64,000 bases of DNA from Candidatus Aenigmatarchaeota archaeon. Lineage in GTDB: Archaea; Aenigmatarchaeota; Aenigmatarchaeia; QMZP01; QMZT01. Below, one piece after another: positions 8,036-17,681 of the stretch (positions within the stretch are counted from its first letter, which is position 1; the number at the start of each line of letters is the position of its first letter). Under the pieces are notes generated by a model. It was given only the letters and a program-made list of their open reading frames with translations, was not told the origin of the DNA and ran no database searches. The translations under genes were made by a program, and so were the position numbers. The stretch spans positions 128,001 through 192,000 of the forward strand of contig CAVSBQ010000002.1 in the NCBI GenBank assembly GCA_963726265.1, read 5' to 3'.

Positions 8036-10216
8036 CTACCTGCCGAAGCTTCCAAGCAGGGAAATCACGGCTTCGACCGCGGAGTTGAGCATCCCGAGCA
8101 GCTTCTCCAGAAAGTTCTTCTCGCTGAATTCGATGGTTGCGGTGGTCGTGTGGGGATTGCCGGCGACGTCGTAGCAGCTGATTTCAAGCGGGTATTCGCC
8201 AGGCGCGAGCGCGAAACCGACTTCTTTCTTGCCGAAAACTTCGTCGAATGCCTGCTTAGCGTCTCCGATAGTGATGGTTACATTTTTAATGGCGGATTTC
8301 TTCACGTAGAGCGTGAGCTTCGCTTCTCCTTCGGCGTAATCCGTATCGTAATAGATGAGCGGCTCGTCGTAAACCTCGATTACCCTCGTTTCCGAAAGGT
8401 TCAGGCCGGCTGCGGCAATCTCGAACCTGACCGCCTTCGAACCTGCTGAGGCGAAAGAAACGGGGAGCGAGACGAAATAGCGGTTCTTAAGCATGAAGTT
8501 CGCCAGGTTATCCGTGCCGTCGACGTTAAGGTTGAAATGCACACTCTCCTCGGCCGCGCCTTTGTTGACGATGTAGGCGGACACGTTCTTCCGCTCGCCC
8601 GCCTTCAGGTATGCGGGCGCGGTGACGTTTTCCATGAATATTCTAAGGTCTGATTTGACCGTAAACGGAAGCGTGAGGACTTCTCCTTCGGAAGTGTATA
8701 CCACAACATCGTTCACGCCCGTCGCTCCAGGCACGAAAGAGAAGACGGTCTGGAAATCGCCGGAGGCGTCGAATTCCTCTTTCAGGTCGCCCGCCAGGAT
8801 GCCAAGCTTCGCCTGGCCGCCTGCTCCCGCGACTGATATATAAACCTTTTGCTCGTTGCCGAGCATCACGACGTCGGAATAGAGCCGCGCGGACAGCTTC
8901 TGTCCGCTGCGCGCGCTGTACTGGGTATTGACCGTCGCGTCGACCGTCTTGAACGTGAGAGACCTCGAGTTCAGGGTGAGCGGGCAGGTGAACAGCAGGT
9001 TCTTCGGCAGGTCGGGATTGATTTTTATTTCCCAGTAGATCTGCTCCTTTTCGCCCGGCCTCAGGATGACCTTCTTTTCCTTGTCCTCGACCTCGACGAC
9101 GGCGTAATCGCCCGAGCATGGCTCGAGCACAAGCCGGCCGACTATGAATTCGCCTGGCACCAGGGTTAGGGCCACGATGCCTGCGTCGCCTTTCCTGAAC
9201 CCGCCGCTGGAGATGGTGAGGTTATAATCCGCCTCTTTTTCGACATCGGAAAATGAAAGCGTGGAAATGTTTATCTTGTCGACGGTGAATCTCGGCTTTT
9301 CGGTCATGCCGTAGCCGTAGGCGACGACGCTGTTGCCGAACCTGTTGTCCGTGTTCTCGCCGAACTTTATGTGCGCTGCATCGATGTAGCCTATCTCAAG
9401 CCACAGCGGGTCCACTGGAACCCATTTGCCGAGATACGCTTCGGCATACGCATGGCTCTCCCAGCCGCGCTCGCCGTAGGAATAGCCAGACACGAACTTC
9501 GCCGGTATGCCTATCGAACGCGCGAAGGCGATGAACAGCGTCGTGTATTCCGCGCACACGCCCTTCCTTCCCTCGAGGATGGACAGCGCGTCAAGCCGTT
9601 TCCCCGCGTAGGCAAGGTCGTAGTTGAGGTGGTCGTGGACCCATATCGCGAGCTTCGCCACCTTCTCGAAGTCGTCCTTAGAGTCCTGCGTTATCTCCTG
9701 CGCGAGGCTGCGGATTCCGGCGTCCGACGACTGGATGCGCTCCGTGGGCTGCAGGTAAATTTCCACGTCGTCAGGTATGGCATACGATCCGGGCAGGTAA
9801 ACCAGATGATTAGCCCTGGATTTCACGGTGCTCGGAATGCTGTAGGAAAAGGCGTTGCCGGGGTTGTCCTTCTCTATGAATCCCGTCTCGGTCCCGAACT
9901 CGTCCTTCACCTTTTCGACGTTTATGCTGACGTCCTGCCTTTCGTCGTCCTGCGGGATCTCGAGGCTTATCTCGAACCTGGTCGGGTTGCCGTTTATGCT
10001 CACGGTGCCTTCCTGCAGGATGCTGAGCATGAGCTCGTTGACGCCGGCGGGGTTGCGCAGGACGTTGTCCTCTATGCCCTTCGCTTCCGCACGAGGAACC
10101 GCAAACCAGAAAACTGAAAAAACGGAAAGAAATAGAAGCAGAAAAACCAGCGGTCTGGGACTCCGCCACATGCCACTCATCCCTTGTCCTTCTTTTCGTC
10201 CCTTCTGCTGACCCAT
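8036..10216 (-). CDS. Secreted transglutaminase-like domain protein
   Basis: Signal peptide; GVCAEY, HAYAE, VPVDP catalytic-triad motifs; beta-rich C-terminal domains; true start may be slightly downstream. Confidence 0.8.
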   Translation of the reverse strand: MGQQKGRKEGQGMSGMWRSPRPLVFLLLFLSVFSVFWFAVPRAEAKGIEDNVLRNPAGVNELMLSILQEGTVSINGNPTRFEISLEIPQDDERQDVSINVEKVKDEFGTETGFIEKDNPGNAFSYSIPSTVKSRANHLVYLPGSYAIPDDVEIYLQPTERIQSSDAGIRSLAQEITQDSKDDFEKVAKLAIWVHDHLNYDLAYAGKRLDALSILEGRKGVCAEYTTLFIAFARSIGIPAKFVSGYSYGERGWESHAYAEAYLGKWVPVDPLWLEIGYIDAAHIKFGENTDNRFGNSVVAYGYGMTEKPRFTVDKINISTLSFSDVEKEADYNLTISSGGFRKGDAGIVALTLVPGEFIVGRLVLEPCSGDYAVVEVEDKEKKVILRPGEKEQIYWEIKINPDLPKNLLFTCPLTLNSRSLTFKTVDATVNTQYSARSGQKLSARLYSDVVMLGNEQKVYISVAGAGGQAKLGILAGDLKEEFDASGDFQTVFSFVPGATGVNDVVVYTSEGEVLTLPFTVKSDLRIFMENVTAPAYLKAGERKNVSAYIVNKGAAEESVHFNLNVDGTDNLANFMLKNRYFVSLPVSFASAGSKAVRFEIAAAGLNLSETRVIEVYDEPLIYYDTDYAEGEAKLTLYVKKSAIKNVTITIGDAKQAFDEVFGKKEVGFALAPGEYPLEISCYDVAGNPHTTTATIEFSEKNFLEKLLGMLNSAVEAVISLLGSFGR

Positions 10217-10920
10217 ATCTCATCGAACATTTCTTCCTGGCGGGCGGTGACTTTCTTCTGCTGCTCCAGGTGGACGAGGGGCACGAAGTTGTTGACCACG
10301 TTCTCGCGGTCCCAGGTGCCGACCAGCTCGGAGAATTCGACTTCCTTCTTCCTGACCCTCGACAGCAGGGAATTTATCCTCGAGTAAAGGTTCTTTATCC
10401 TCTCGTTTATGTTCTCGCCCGAGATTTCTATGTCATTCCTCAGCTTCTCGCTCCTGAACTCCCTTCTCTCGTGCGCGTTCATGACCTTCCTAAGCGCCTT
10501 CACGAGTTCGCCTATGACCACGCCTCGAACAGGCTCCCTCCTGGGCGGGATGGTGAGCGGGTTTATCTGGAACTGCTCGCCGTCGCTTACAACCGCCTGC
10601 TGGAATTCCTCCTGCATCTGCTGCTCCGCCTCGCCGGTCACCTGCTCCTTGAAGGCGCGGAGATAGTCGGATTTCATCTTGAGCAGTATGGCCGCCACCA
10701 TGATATACTTGGCGGGCATGCGGAAGTCCATCTCCTTCATTTTGTGCAGGTAAACCAGAAAGCCTTCGGAAAGCTTGCAAACGTCGAGGTCCCATGGGTT
10801 CAGGCCCTCCCATGCGACAATCTCGTATATGATCTGTTCCCACGTGTAATCTGACCTGATGAAATCCAGAATCTTGTTTTCGTCAAGCATTGTAATCAAC
10901 ATGCGAAACCCGCTTTTCAC
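10177..10920 (-). CDS. scpA: Segregation and condensation protein A (kleisin)
   Basis: LNPWDLDV, AAILLKMKS, FVPLVHL, QEEMFDEI. Confidence 0.88.
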   Translation of the reverse strand: MKSGFRMLITMLDENKILDFIRSDYTWEQIIYEIVAWEGLNPWDLDVCKLSEGFLVYLHKMKEMDFRMPAKYIMVAAILLKMKSDYLRAFKEQVTGEAEQQMQEEFQQAVVSDGEQFQINPLTIPPRREPVRGVVIGELVKALRKVMNAHERREFRSEKLRNDIEISGENINERIKNLYSRINSLLSRVRKKEVEFSELVGTWDRENVVNNFVPLVHLEQQKKVTARQEEMFDEIWVSRRDEKKDKG

Positions 10921-10976
10921 GGGCTCCTCATGTTTATTATTAATATTACAGCATGCTTATTAAGATTGGATTCCGT

Positions 10977-11330
10977 TTATAATCGCTTTTCCGCGAGCTC
11001 GTAAATTCTTACGTTTTTTATCCTTCCTTCCTTTTTGAAACCCGAGAATTCTTTATTATCATTCAACTGCTCAGGTTTTCTTAGAAGATAGAATCTTATG
11101 TCCTTTGGCTTGTCTAAGATAATCATCGCAATATGTGCCTTTTTATTTTTCTCTATATCCTGCACCACATACTTTAATGCGGCCTGAAAGCCCCTTCTGA
11201 GGGGGTCATTTACCCTGATTTTTGTTTTGCTTAGTTCCATGTCTAATATTTCGAGCCAAATTATAAAAGTCCTCTCACGTCCTAATTGCGCTAATCGCGC
11301 CAAACCTATAAAAACCTGGACGGACAACAT
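10977..11330 (-). CDS. Hypothetical protein, AT-rich
   Basis: Open frame filling the intergenic gap; start uncertain. Confidence 0.4.
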   Translation of the reverse strand: MLSVQVFIGLARLAQLGRERTFIIWLEILDMELSKTKIRVNDPLRRGFQAALKYVVQDIEKNKKAHIAMIILDKPKDIRFYLLRKPEQLNDNKEFSGFKKEGRIKNVRIYELAEKRL

Positions 11331-11357
11331 TAAAGATAACAGTTTCTGGGGTGTGCT

Positions 11358-11753
11358 ATGGCAAAGGCTGCGAGAAAGGTTTCGAAAGCTTCAAGGGCTT
11401 CGAAGGTTTCGAAAGTTTCAAAATCAGCTAGCTCAGCGGGCGCTGGGACGGGAAAGCTCACGAAGGACGGTATCCTGAAAGTCCTGAGGAACGTGATCGA
11501 CCCTGAAATAGGGCTGAACATCGTCGACCTGGGCTTCATATACGGCGTCGACGTGAAGGGAGCGAACGTGCGCATTCGAATGACGCTCACCAATCCCGGT
11601 TGTCCCATGCACTCGATGTTCACCCACGAAGTCGAGGCAGCGCTGAAGATGGCGTTCGATAAAGTGAACGTGGACGTGGAGCTGGTTTTCGACCCTCCGT
11701 GGTCGCCTGAGAAGATGAGCAAGGATGCAAGAAAAAAGCTCGGCATTAAGTAA
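11358..11753 (+). CDS. DUF59/SufT-PaaD-like metal-sulfur cluster assembly factor
   Basis: VIDPEIGLNIVDLGFIY, TLTNPGCP, FDPPWS; low-complexity K/S/A N-tail. Confidence 0.9.
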   Translation: MAKAARKVSKASRASKVSKVSKSASSAGAGTGKLTKDGILKVLRNVIDPEIGLNIVDLGFIYGVDVKGANVRIRMTLTNPGCPMHSMFTHEVEAALKMAFDKVNVDVELVFDPPWSPEKMSKDARKKLGIK

Positions 11754-12477
11754 GAAAGTCGAAAGCATAATACTCGGCAGAACGAAGGACAGGCTTGTCG
11801 ACGTCGTATACAGGGCTGACAACGCCGACGACTTCGCCGGCATCGCGCGCGACAAGCTCAATTATTTTTACGAGAACCTGCTCTTCTCCGCGCTCGACCT
11901 GGGCGTGAAAAAGGGGCAGGCGCTTGATTTAGGAACGCAGTTCGGCCTGTGCGCGCTCGCGCTCGCCAGGCAGGATTACGCCTTCGGTATCACCAGCATG
12001 CAGGACAGCGTGAAGCTCGTTGCGCTTGCGAGGCGGTTCGCCGAGAAGGACATGGTCGAGGAAAAAATCAGATGGCTCGTGGGAAGGCAGGATGCGCTGC
12101 CCTTCGATGACCACACGTTCGACCTGGTCATAAGCGGCTTCGACATGCACCACTGGGAAAACCCCGTCGCCGCGTTCAACGAGATAGAGCGCGTGACCAA
12201 GACGAACGGCGCAATCCTCATCGCCGACCTGCGGCGCGACGCCTTCAGCGCCATGGCGCCGATTGTGAAGGCGATATCCATGCTCGCGAAGAAGGGAAGG
12301 CTTTACGATGAGATGAAGCATTCCTTCCGAGCTTCGTACAGCAGGAGCGAGGTGGCCGAGCTGCTTGGCAACTCGGGTTTAAAGAACTGCGAGACGTCGA
12401 AGGACGCCCAGTTCGTTTACGTGACGAGAAGACGGGAAAGCAAGAAACACGTGGTGGTGGAGTTTTCCCGGCAGTAA
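11725..12477 (+). CDS. Class I SAM-dependent methyltransferase
   Basis: ALDLGT, LPFDDHTFDLVIS, MHHW...EIERVTK. Confidence 0.85.
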   Translation: MQEKSSALSKKVESIILGRTKDRLVDVVYRADNADDFAGIARDKLNYFYENLLFSALDLGVKKGQALDLGTQFGLCALALARQDYAFGITSMQDSVKLVALARRFAEKDMVEEKIRWLVGRQDALPFDDHTFDLVISGFDMHHWENPVAAFNEIERVTKTNGAILIADLRRDAFSAMAPIVKAISMLAKKGRLYDEMKHSFRASYSRSEVAELLGNSGLKNCETSKDAQFVYVTRRRESKKHVVVEFSRQ

Positions 12478-12557
12478 AGCTTAAAAGTCCTCATACGATA
12501 TATTACATCATCATACTTTTCAGAAATCGCGCAAATCCGCGCAAAAGGTGCTGCTGT

Positions 12558-13763
12558 ATGGAATTTCCTTCGATAAGAGACGTCGACGTTGAGGGGAAGA
12601 CCGTAATCATGAGGGTCGACTATAACCTTCCCCTGGACGAAAACGGCAGGGTTACGGACCACACCCGGATAAGCACGACGCTGAAGACTCTTTATTACAT
12701 AATAAACAACGGCGGCAAGGTCGTTCTAATTTCGCATCTCGGCAGGCCGAAGGCCAGAGAGGCGCACCTGAAAATGAACGTCGTCGCCGAGAGGCTTTCC
12801 GACATTATCGGCGTTCCCGTGAAGAAGATGGACCACTGCGACGGAGCGGAGGTCGAGGCATGCATAAGGAAGATGCAGCCTGGCGACGTCGTGATTCTCG
12901 AGAACGTCAGGTTCCACCCGGAGGAAACGGAAAAGAACGAGGCTGCCAGAGAAGCCTTCGCTAAACGCCTCGCAAAGCTCGGCGACATCTACGTAAACGA
13001 AGCGTTTGCCGCGTCCCACCGCAACCACGCTTCGATAACCGGCATACCCAAGTTCATACCGGGCTACTGCGGCCTGAGCTTCCTCAGGGAAGTCAACATG
13101 ATAAACAGCATAGTGAAGAACCCCGAAAAACCCTATGTCGCGATAATAGGCGGCGCCAAGGAGGACAAGATGCTGTGCATCGAGAGCCTGCTGCCGAAAG
13201 TCGACCGCATACTCATGGGTGGCGTGATAGGCAACACCTTCCTTAAAGCGAAGGGGTATGAGATAGGCGACTCGAAATACAACGAAGCGCTTGTCGAGAA
13301 GGCGAAGCTCGTGCTGGAAAAGGCGAAGGGTAAGATAATGCTCCCGGAAGACGTGATGGTCGACAACAGCGGCGAGGCGGAGCCATTCCCCGTGTCCGAG
13401 GTCAGGAAGGGGATGAAGATAATGGACATCGGACCGGAGACGATAGTCAACTACAAGAACATCCTCAGGCCCGCGAAAACGGTCGTGTGGACAGGCCCGA
13501 TGGGCGTGTTCGAGAAGAAGCCGTTCGAGAAAGGAACGCTCTACATCGCGACCTTCATCTCGGGCCTCGACGCCAAGACGCTCGTCGGCGGCGGGGACAG
13601 CATATCCGCCATGAAGAAGCTCAACCTGATGGAGAGGATGACGCACATCTCGACGGGCGGCGGCGCTTTCGCGGATTTCATAACGAAAGACGCTTTCCCC
13701 GGAATCGAGGCGGTGAAGGCGTCGTACAGGCATCATATTAATCTTCTGGAAATGAAGGGATAA
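12558..13763 (+). CDS. pgk: Phosphoglycerate kinase
   Basis: RVDYNLP, SHLGRP, LENVRF, GGAK, DIGP, GGGDS, STGGGA. Confidence 0.95.
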   Translation: MEFPSIRDVDVEGKTVIMRVDYNLPLDENGRVTDHTRISTTLKTLYYIINNGGKVVLISHLGRPKAREAHLKMNVVAERLSDIIGVPVKKMDHCDGAEVEACIRKMQPGDVVILENVRFHPEETEKNEAAREAFAKRLAKLGDIYVNEAFAASHRNHASITGIPKFIPGYCGLSFLREVNMINSIVKNPEKPYVAIIGGAKEDKMLCIESLLPKVDRILMGGVIGNTFLKAKGYEIGDSKYNEALVEKAKLVLEKAKGKIMLPEDVMVDNSGEAEPFPVSEVRKGMKIMDIGPETIVNYKNILRPAKTVVWTGPMGVFEKKPFEKGTLYIATFISGLDAKTLVGGGDSISAMKKLNLMERMTHISTGGGAFADFITKDAFPGIEAVKASYRHHINLLEMKG

Positions 13764-13795
13764 TTTCAGTTATATGTTATATGGGAGTGTGGATT

Positions 13796-14848
13796 ATGAC
13801 TGTCAAGGTCGCTGTCAACGGGCCCGGAAGAATCGGGCGCAATTTCATCTGGTCATGGGCGGAGAGGAAAAAAGCGGGCAAAACAAACCTCGAGCTTGTC
13901 GCGGTGAACGGCGTGCGCGGCGTGGAGGATGACAAAGGCGTCGAATTCTTCGCCGAGCTGCTGAAATTCGATTCGACGCACGGCCACCATTTCGAGGAGC
14001 TGCGCTGCGGACGAGAAGCGGATGGAACGCCATGGGTGGAAGTCGAGGGCCATAAGGTTCATCTTTACAACAACCGCGGCGACCTTTCCACGCTGCCGTG
14101 GAAGAAGCATGATGTCGACGTCGTCATAGAATCGACCGGCCTCTTCAGGAAGCGCAAGGAAGTTGAAGGCCACATCAAGGCTGGCGCGCGCAAGGTGATA
14201 ATCTCCGCGCCAGGCAAGGATGGCATCGACACTTCCATCGTGCTGGGGGTGACGGACAAAATCCCCGAGCACGAGACGATAATAGACTGCGCATCCTGCA
14301 CTACCAACGCCATCGCGTCAGTCACCAAAATCGTGAATGACAACTGGGGCATAGAAAGAGGGTATGTCATAACCGTCCATGCCCCGACGGAGGACCAGAG
14401 CATCTTCGATGGCAGCCACAAGGATATCCGCAGGGCGCGCTCGCTCATCAACAACATAATCCCGACCTCGACTGGCGCGGCCAAAGCGGTCGCGAAAATC
14501 ATCCCCGAACTGAAGGGAAAGATGGACGCCGTTTCCATGCGCGTTCCCGGAGCGATGACGGGCTCGATAGTCGGGCTCATTGCGGACGTCAGAAAGGAAA
14601 CCAGCAGGGAAGATGTCAACAGGATTATAGAAAAGGAATGCGGCGGGCCGCTGAAAGGTGTTCTCGCATGCACGGACAAGGAAATCGTTTCGTCCTACAT
14701 AATCGGCCGCAAGGAATCTGGAATCGTCGACCTGCCGCTCACCAACGTCATCGACAAGAGGCAGATAGTGGTCTGGTCCTGGTATGACAACGAGCGCGGC
14801 TACGCGAACAGGCTCGTCGACGTCGCGGAGATGTTCGGGAAGAAATAA
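13796..14848 (+). CDS. gap: Glyceraldehyde-3-phosphate dehydrogenase, class I (bacterial type)
   Basis: NGPGRIGR, ESTG, ASCTTN, IIPTSTGAAKA, WYDNE; upstream in-frame start at 13781 possible. Confidence 0.95.
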   Translation: MTVKVAVNGPGRIGRNFIWSWAERKKAGKTNLELVAVNGVRGVEDDKGVEFFAELLKFDSTHGHHFEELRCGREADGTPWVEVEGHKVHLYNNRGDLSTLPWKKHDVDVVIESTGLFRKRKEVEGHIKAGARKVIISAPGKDGIDTSIVLGVTDKIPEHETIIDCASCTTNAIASVTKIVNDNWGIERGYVITVHAPTEDQSIFDGSHKDIRRARSLINNIIPTSTGAAKAVAKIIPELKGKMDAVSMRVPGAMTGSIVGLIADVRKETSREDVNRIIEKECGGPLKGVLACTDKEIVSSYIIGRKESGIVDLPLTNVIDKRQIVVWSWYDNERGYANRLVDVAEMFGKK

Positions 14849-14865
14849 GCGAGGAAGTGATAAGC

Positions 14866-14952
14866 ATGAGCAAAACAAACAAGAAACTTGATGCGAAGCG
14901 TCTGTCAAGGCGGAATAAGTATCCGATGCAGCATAAGGGCGGGAAAGCATAA
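14866..14952 (+). CDS. Putative 28-aa basic micro-protein MSKTNKKLDAKRLSRRNKYPMQHKGGKA
   Basis: ATG 17 nt after the gap stop with purine-rich GAGGAAGTGA upstream; not in ORF track. Confidence 0.35.
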   Translation: MSKTNKKLDAKRLSRRNKYPMQHKGGKA

Positions 14953-15081
14953 CCATCTCCAAGCTTGGCTTTTCTTCTTCGGTCATGGTTGTTTCATTCG
15001 GGTTATTAAGTTCTGCCTCTGTTTTTCAGAAACAAACGAAAGGCTTTTTAGTAGGAAAAGCAAGAGATAGAAGAGATAGCT

Positions 15082-15963
15082 ATGATTACTGTTGACAGCT
15101 CGGTTCTGAAAGAGGTCTACAAGGAACGCCCCATGTGGAGCCATAAAGGCGACTTCGGCAAGCTGCTCATCATCGGCGGCTCGAAGATTTACACCGGCTC
15201 GCCCGCGCTCGTGGCGTATGGCGCGATGGCCGCGCTGCATGCGGGAGCCGACCTGGTCATGGTCGCCGCGCCGTCGAGGCCGGCGGACATAGCCGCGAAG
15301 TTCTCGCCCAACCTCATAACCGAGCCTTTCGAGGGCGATTTTTTCACGTCCAAGCACGTCAAGCGCGCGCTGGAACTCGCGAAGAAACACGACGCGGTCG
15401 CGATAGGCCCGGGCCTGGGAACGGAGAAGGAGACGCACAGGTTCGTGGTGAAGTTCCTGGAAGGCGTCAGGAAGCCCTGCGTCGTCGACGCGGACGCGCT
15501 CAAGGCGCTGCAGAAGAAAAAGCTGCTTGACAAGTTCCTGCTCACCCCGCACCTCTACGAGTTCTATTACATGACCGGCGAAAAGCCGAAGAACGACGTC
15601 CTCGGCAGGGCGGAAACCGTGAAAAAATACGCCAGGAAAACGGGTTCGACCATCCTGCTGAAGGGGGCGATAGACATAATCTCCGACGGGAAGCAGACGG
15701 CGATGAACAGGACGGGCAACCCCTACATGACGGTCGGCGGAACGGGCGACGTTTTGACCGGCATCTGCGGGGCGCTGCTCGCGCAGAAAGTCCCGCCGTT
15801 CAGGGCGGCGTGCGCGGCTGCTTACATGAACGGCAGGGCAGGCGACCTCGCCGCAAAGGAGAAACGCCCGCTCGTCGCGACGGACGTGATAGGGAAAATC
15901 CCCGAAGTCCTGAAGGACGTGCTGCCGGAGCCGGAGCACGACAAACAAGAGAAAATGGCATAA
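15082..15963 (+). CDS. nnrD: ADP-dependent NAD(P)H-hydrate dehydratase (YjeF C-terminal family)
   Basis: SHKGDFG, GPGLG, VDADAL, LTPH, GGTGDVL. Confidence 0.9.
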   Translation: MITVDSSVLKEVYKERPMWSHKGDFGKLLIIGGSKIYTGSPALVAYGAMAALHAGADLVMVAAPSRPADIAAKFSPNLITEPFEGDFFTSKHVKRALELAKKHDAVAIGPGLGTEKETHRFVVKFLEGVRKPCVVDADALKALQKKKLLDKFLLTPHLYEFYYMTGEKPKNDVLGRAETVKKYARKTGSTILLKGAIDIISDGKQTAMNRTGNPYMTVGGTGDVLTGICGALLAQKVPPFRAACAAAYMNGRAGDLAAKEKRPLVATDVIGKIPEVLKDVLPEPEHDKQEKMA

Positions 15964-16000
15964 ATGTTTTAAATTCTGAAAGCAATTCCCTTCTGATAGC

Positions 16001-16582
16001 ATGGCAAAGGTTATAGGCATCGTCGGCTCGCCGAGGGACGGGAACACGAAATTCCTCGTTTCCCTCGCTCTCAAGGAATGCGAAAAGCTGGGGCTGGAGA
16101 CCGAACTGGTCCACATCGGCAGGATGAAAATCGCGCCGTGCAGCGACTGCGACAGGTGCAGGAAGGAAGGCAGGTGCGTCATAAACGACGACTTCCAGCA
16201 TGCTGCGGGCAAGCTCGAGCACGCGGACGGCATCATAATCGGCTCGCCAGTCTACTTCGGCTGCGTTTCCGCGCAGCTGAAAGCGTTCATGGACAGGACG
16301 CGCTACCTGAGGAGAAGCGAAAAGCTCGCGGACAAGGTCGGCGGAGCCATCGCCATCGGCGGCTCGCGCCAGGGCGGGCAGGAACTCGTCATCCGCCAGA
16401 TACACAACTTCTATCTCATCCACGGCATGCTCGTCGTAGGCGACGAAAAGACGCGGCATTTCGGAGGGACGGGTTACGGGAATGCAAAGGACGCGGCGCA
16501 AAACGACGAGGACGGCAAGGAAACTTCGAGAAACCTGGGCAGGCACGTGGGTCAGGTCGTGCTGAAACTGGCAAAAGAATGA
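16001..16582 (+). CDS. Iron-sulfur flavoprotein (flavodoxin family)
   Basis: GSPRDGNT, CSDCDRC...C, GSPVYFG, GGQE. Confidence 0.88.
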   Translation: MAKVIGIVGSPRDGNTKFLVSLALKECEKLGLETELVHIGRMKIAPCSDCDRCRKEGRCVINDDFQHAAGKLEHADGIIIGSPVYFGCVSAQLKAFMDRTRYLRRSEKLADKVGGAIAIGGSRQGGQELVIRQIHNFYLIHGMLVVGDEKTRHFGGTGYGNAKDAAQNDEDGKETSRNLGRHVGQVVLKLAKE

Positions 16583-16602
16583 AAGGCTGAAAATCAGACC
16601 AA

Positions 16603-16755
16603 TCAGATCCACATGCTGAGCCTGAACCTGCCGAGCTTGTCTTCTATCTTCCACAGCTGCTTGCACTTGGGGCAGTTCACGCTCTTCTCATTGCCTGCGT
16701 TGAAATCGTATTCGAAGCTGTGGCCGCATGACGAACAACGAAAGTCTTCTCTCAT
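16603..16755 (-). CDS. Small zinc-ribbon protein
   Basis: CSSC...CPKC; start taken at internal ATG. Confidence 0.6.
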   Translation of the reverse strand: MREDFRCSSCGHSFEYDFNAGNEKSVNCPKCKQLWKIEDKLGRFRLSMWI

Positions 16756-16825
16756 GAATTCACCCTGAAATAATTTAGCTTTCGGATATTTTAAGGCTTG
16801 CTTTTGTTTTTTGCATTTTGCCGGC

Positions 16826-17053
16826 TCACTGCGCACCGGTATCGGCGTGGAACCTTCCCTCGGGTATCAGCGCCCTGGATACCAGGAAACCCGCAATCAC
16901 GAGGGCGACCAGAACCACGAGGCCCAGCACAGGGCTCGCCGCGTTCTGCGTGTCATTGATAAGGTTGCCGGTGATGTTGCTTGTAATCGCTACGCCGAGG
17001 ACCAGGAACATGACGACCGCTGCCAGCAGTATGCCCGCTCTTTCCACGTTCAT
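16826..17053 (-). CDS. Small two-TM membrane protein
   Basis: Two hydrophobic helices flanking ITGN; start taken at internal ATG. Confidence 0.55.
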   Translation of the reverse strand: MNVERAGILLAAVVMFLVLGVAITSNITGNLINDTQNAASPVLGLVVLVALVIAGFLVSRALIPEGRFHADTGAQ

Positions 17054-17159
17054 GCTTGTTTGTTGGCAGTTAGATTTATTAGCATTTATTAGCATTTTGC
17101 GGCGCGCGGCATGCGGCATGACACGCTCCTGTTTTAAAACTTTCGCGTAAATTATTCCC

Positions 17160-17642
17160 ATGACAAATAATTTTCTGCCTCCCAAATACGGCGAATCTAT
17201 GATCTTTTATACGTGCCGCAAGTTAGGTGACCCGTTAGATGCTCAGGAAGTGTTCAAATTAATGGATGTGCACCTGAGAAAAGCGAGCCTGCCATCCGGC
17301 AACAGGAATTACCTTTTATGGGAAGGATATCATGGCAGAAACGACCCGGAAGGCATGATATCCGTCGAGGTCAACAAGTATTACATAACCGTAAGCTGGA
17401 CGAACATAATCCCGAGGGAGATAGTAGAAGGCATAAAATTTATTTATCCCATTTATCCTGACGAACCCCCGATAAGAGCAGAAACGTTGTTTTTGAAAAC
17501 GGACAAACTTTTCTGGAACGACAATGAGATGGCGCCGCTGTGCAAGCAACCTGAACTGGAAAACCACACACGCAAATACGTAAAGCCACAGGCGCTCCCG
17601 AAGGGCAAGGGGCAAATTCTGGTCAATGAAGATTTAATTTAA
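17160..17642 (+). CDS. Hypothetical protein
   Basis: 160-aa open frame filling the gap before ileS. Confidence 0.5.
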   Translation: MTNNFLPPKYGESMIFYTCRKLGDPLDAQEVFKLMDVHLRKASLPSGNRNYLLWEGYHGRNDPEGMISVEVNKYYITVSWTNIIPREIVEGIKFIYPIYPDEPPIRAETLFLKTDKLFWNDNEMAPLCKQPELENHTRKYVKPQALPKGKGQILVNEDLI

Positions 17643-17681
17643 ATCATACCTATATAACAATATTTAATACGTTTTCAGACG

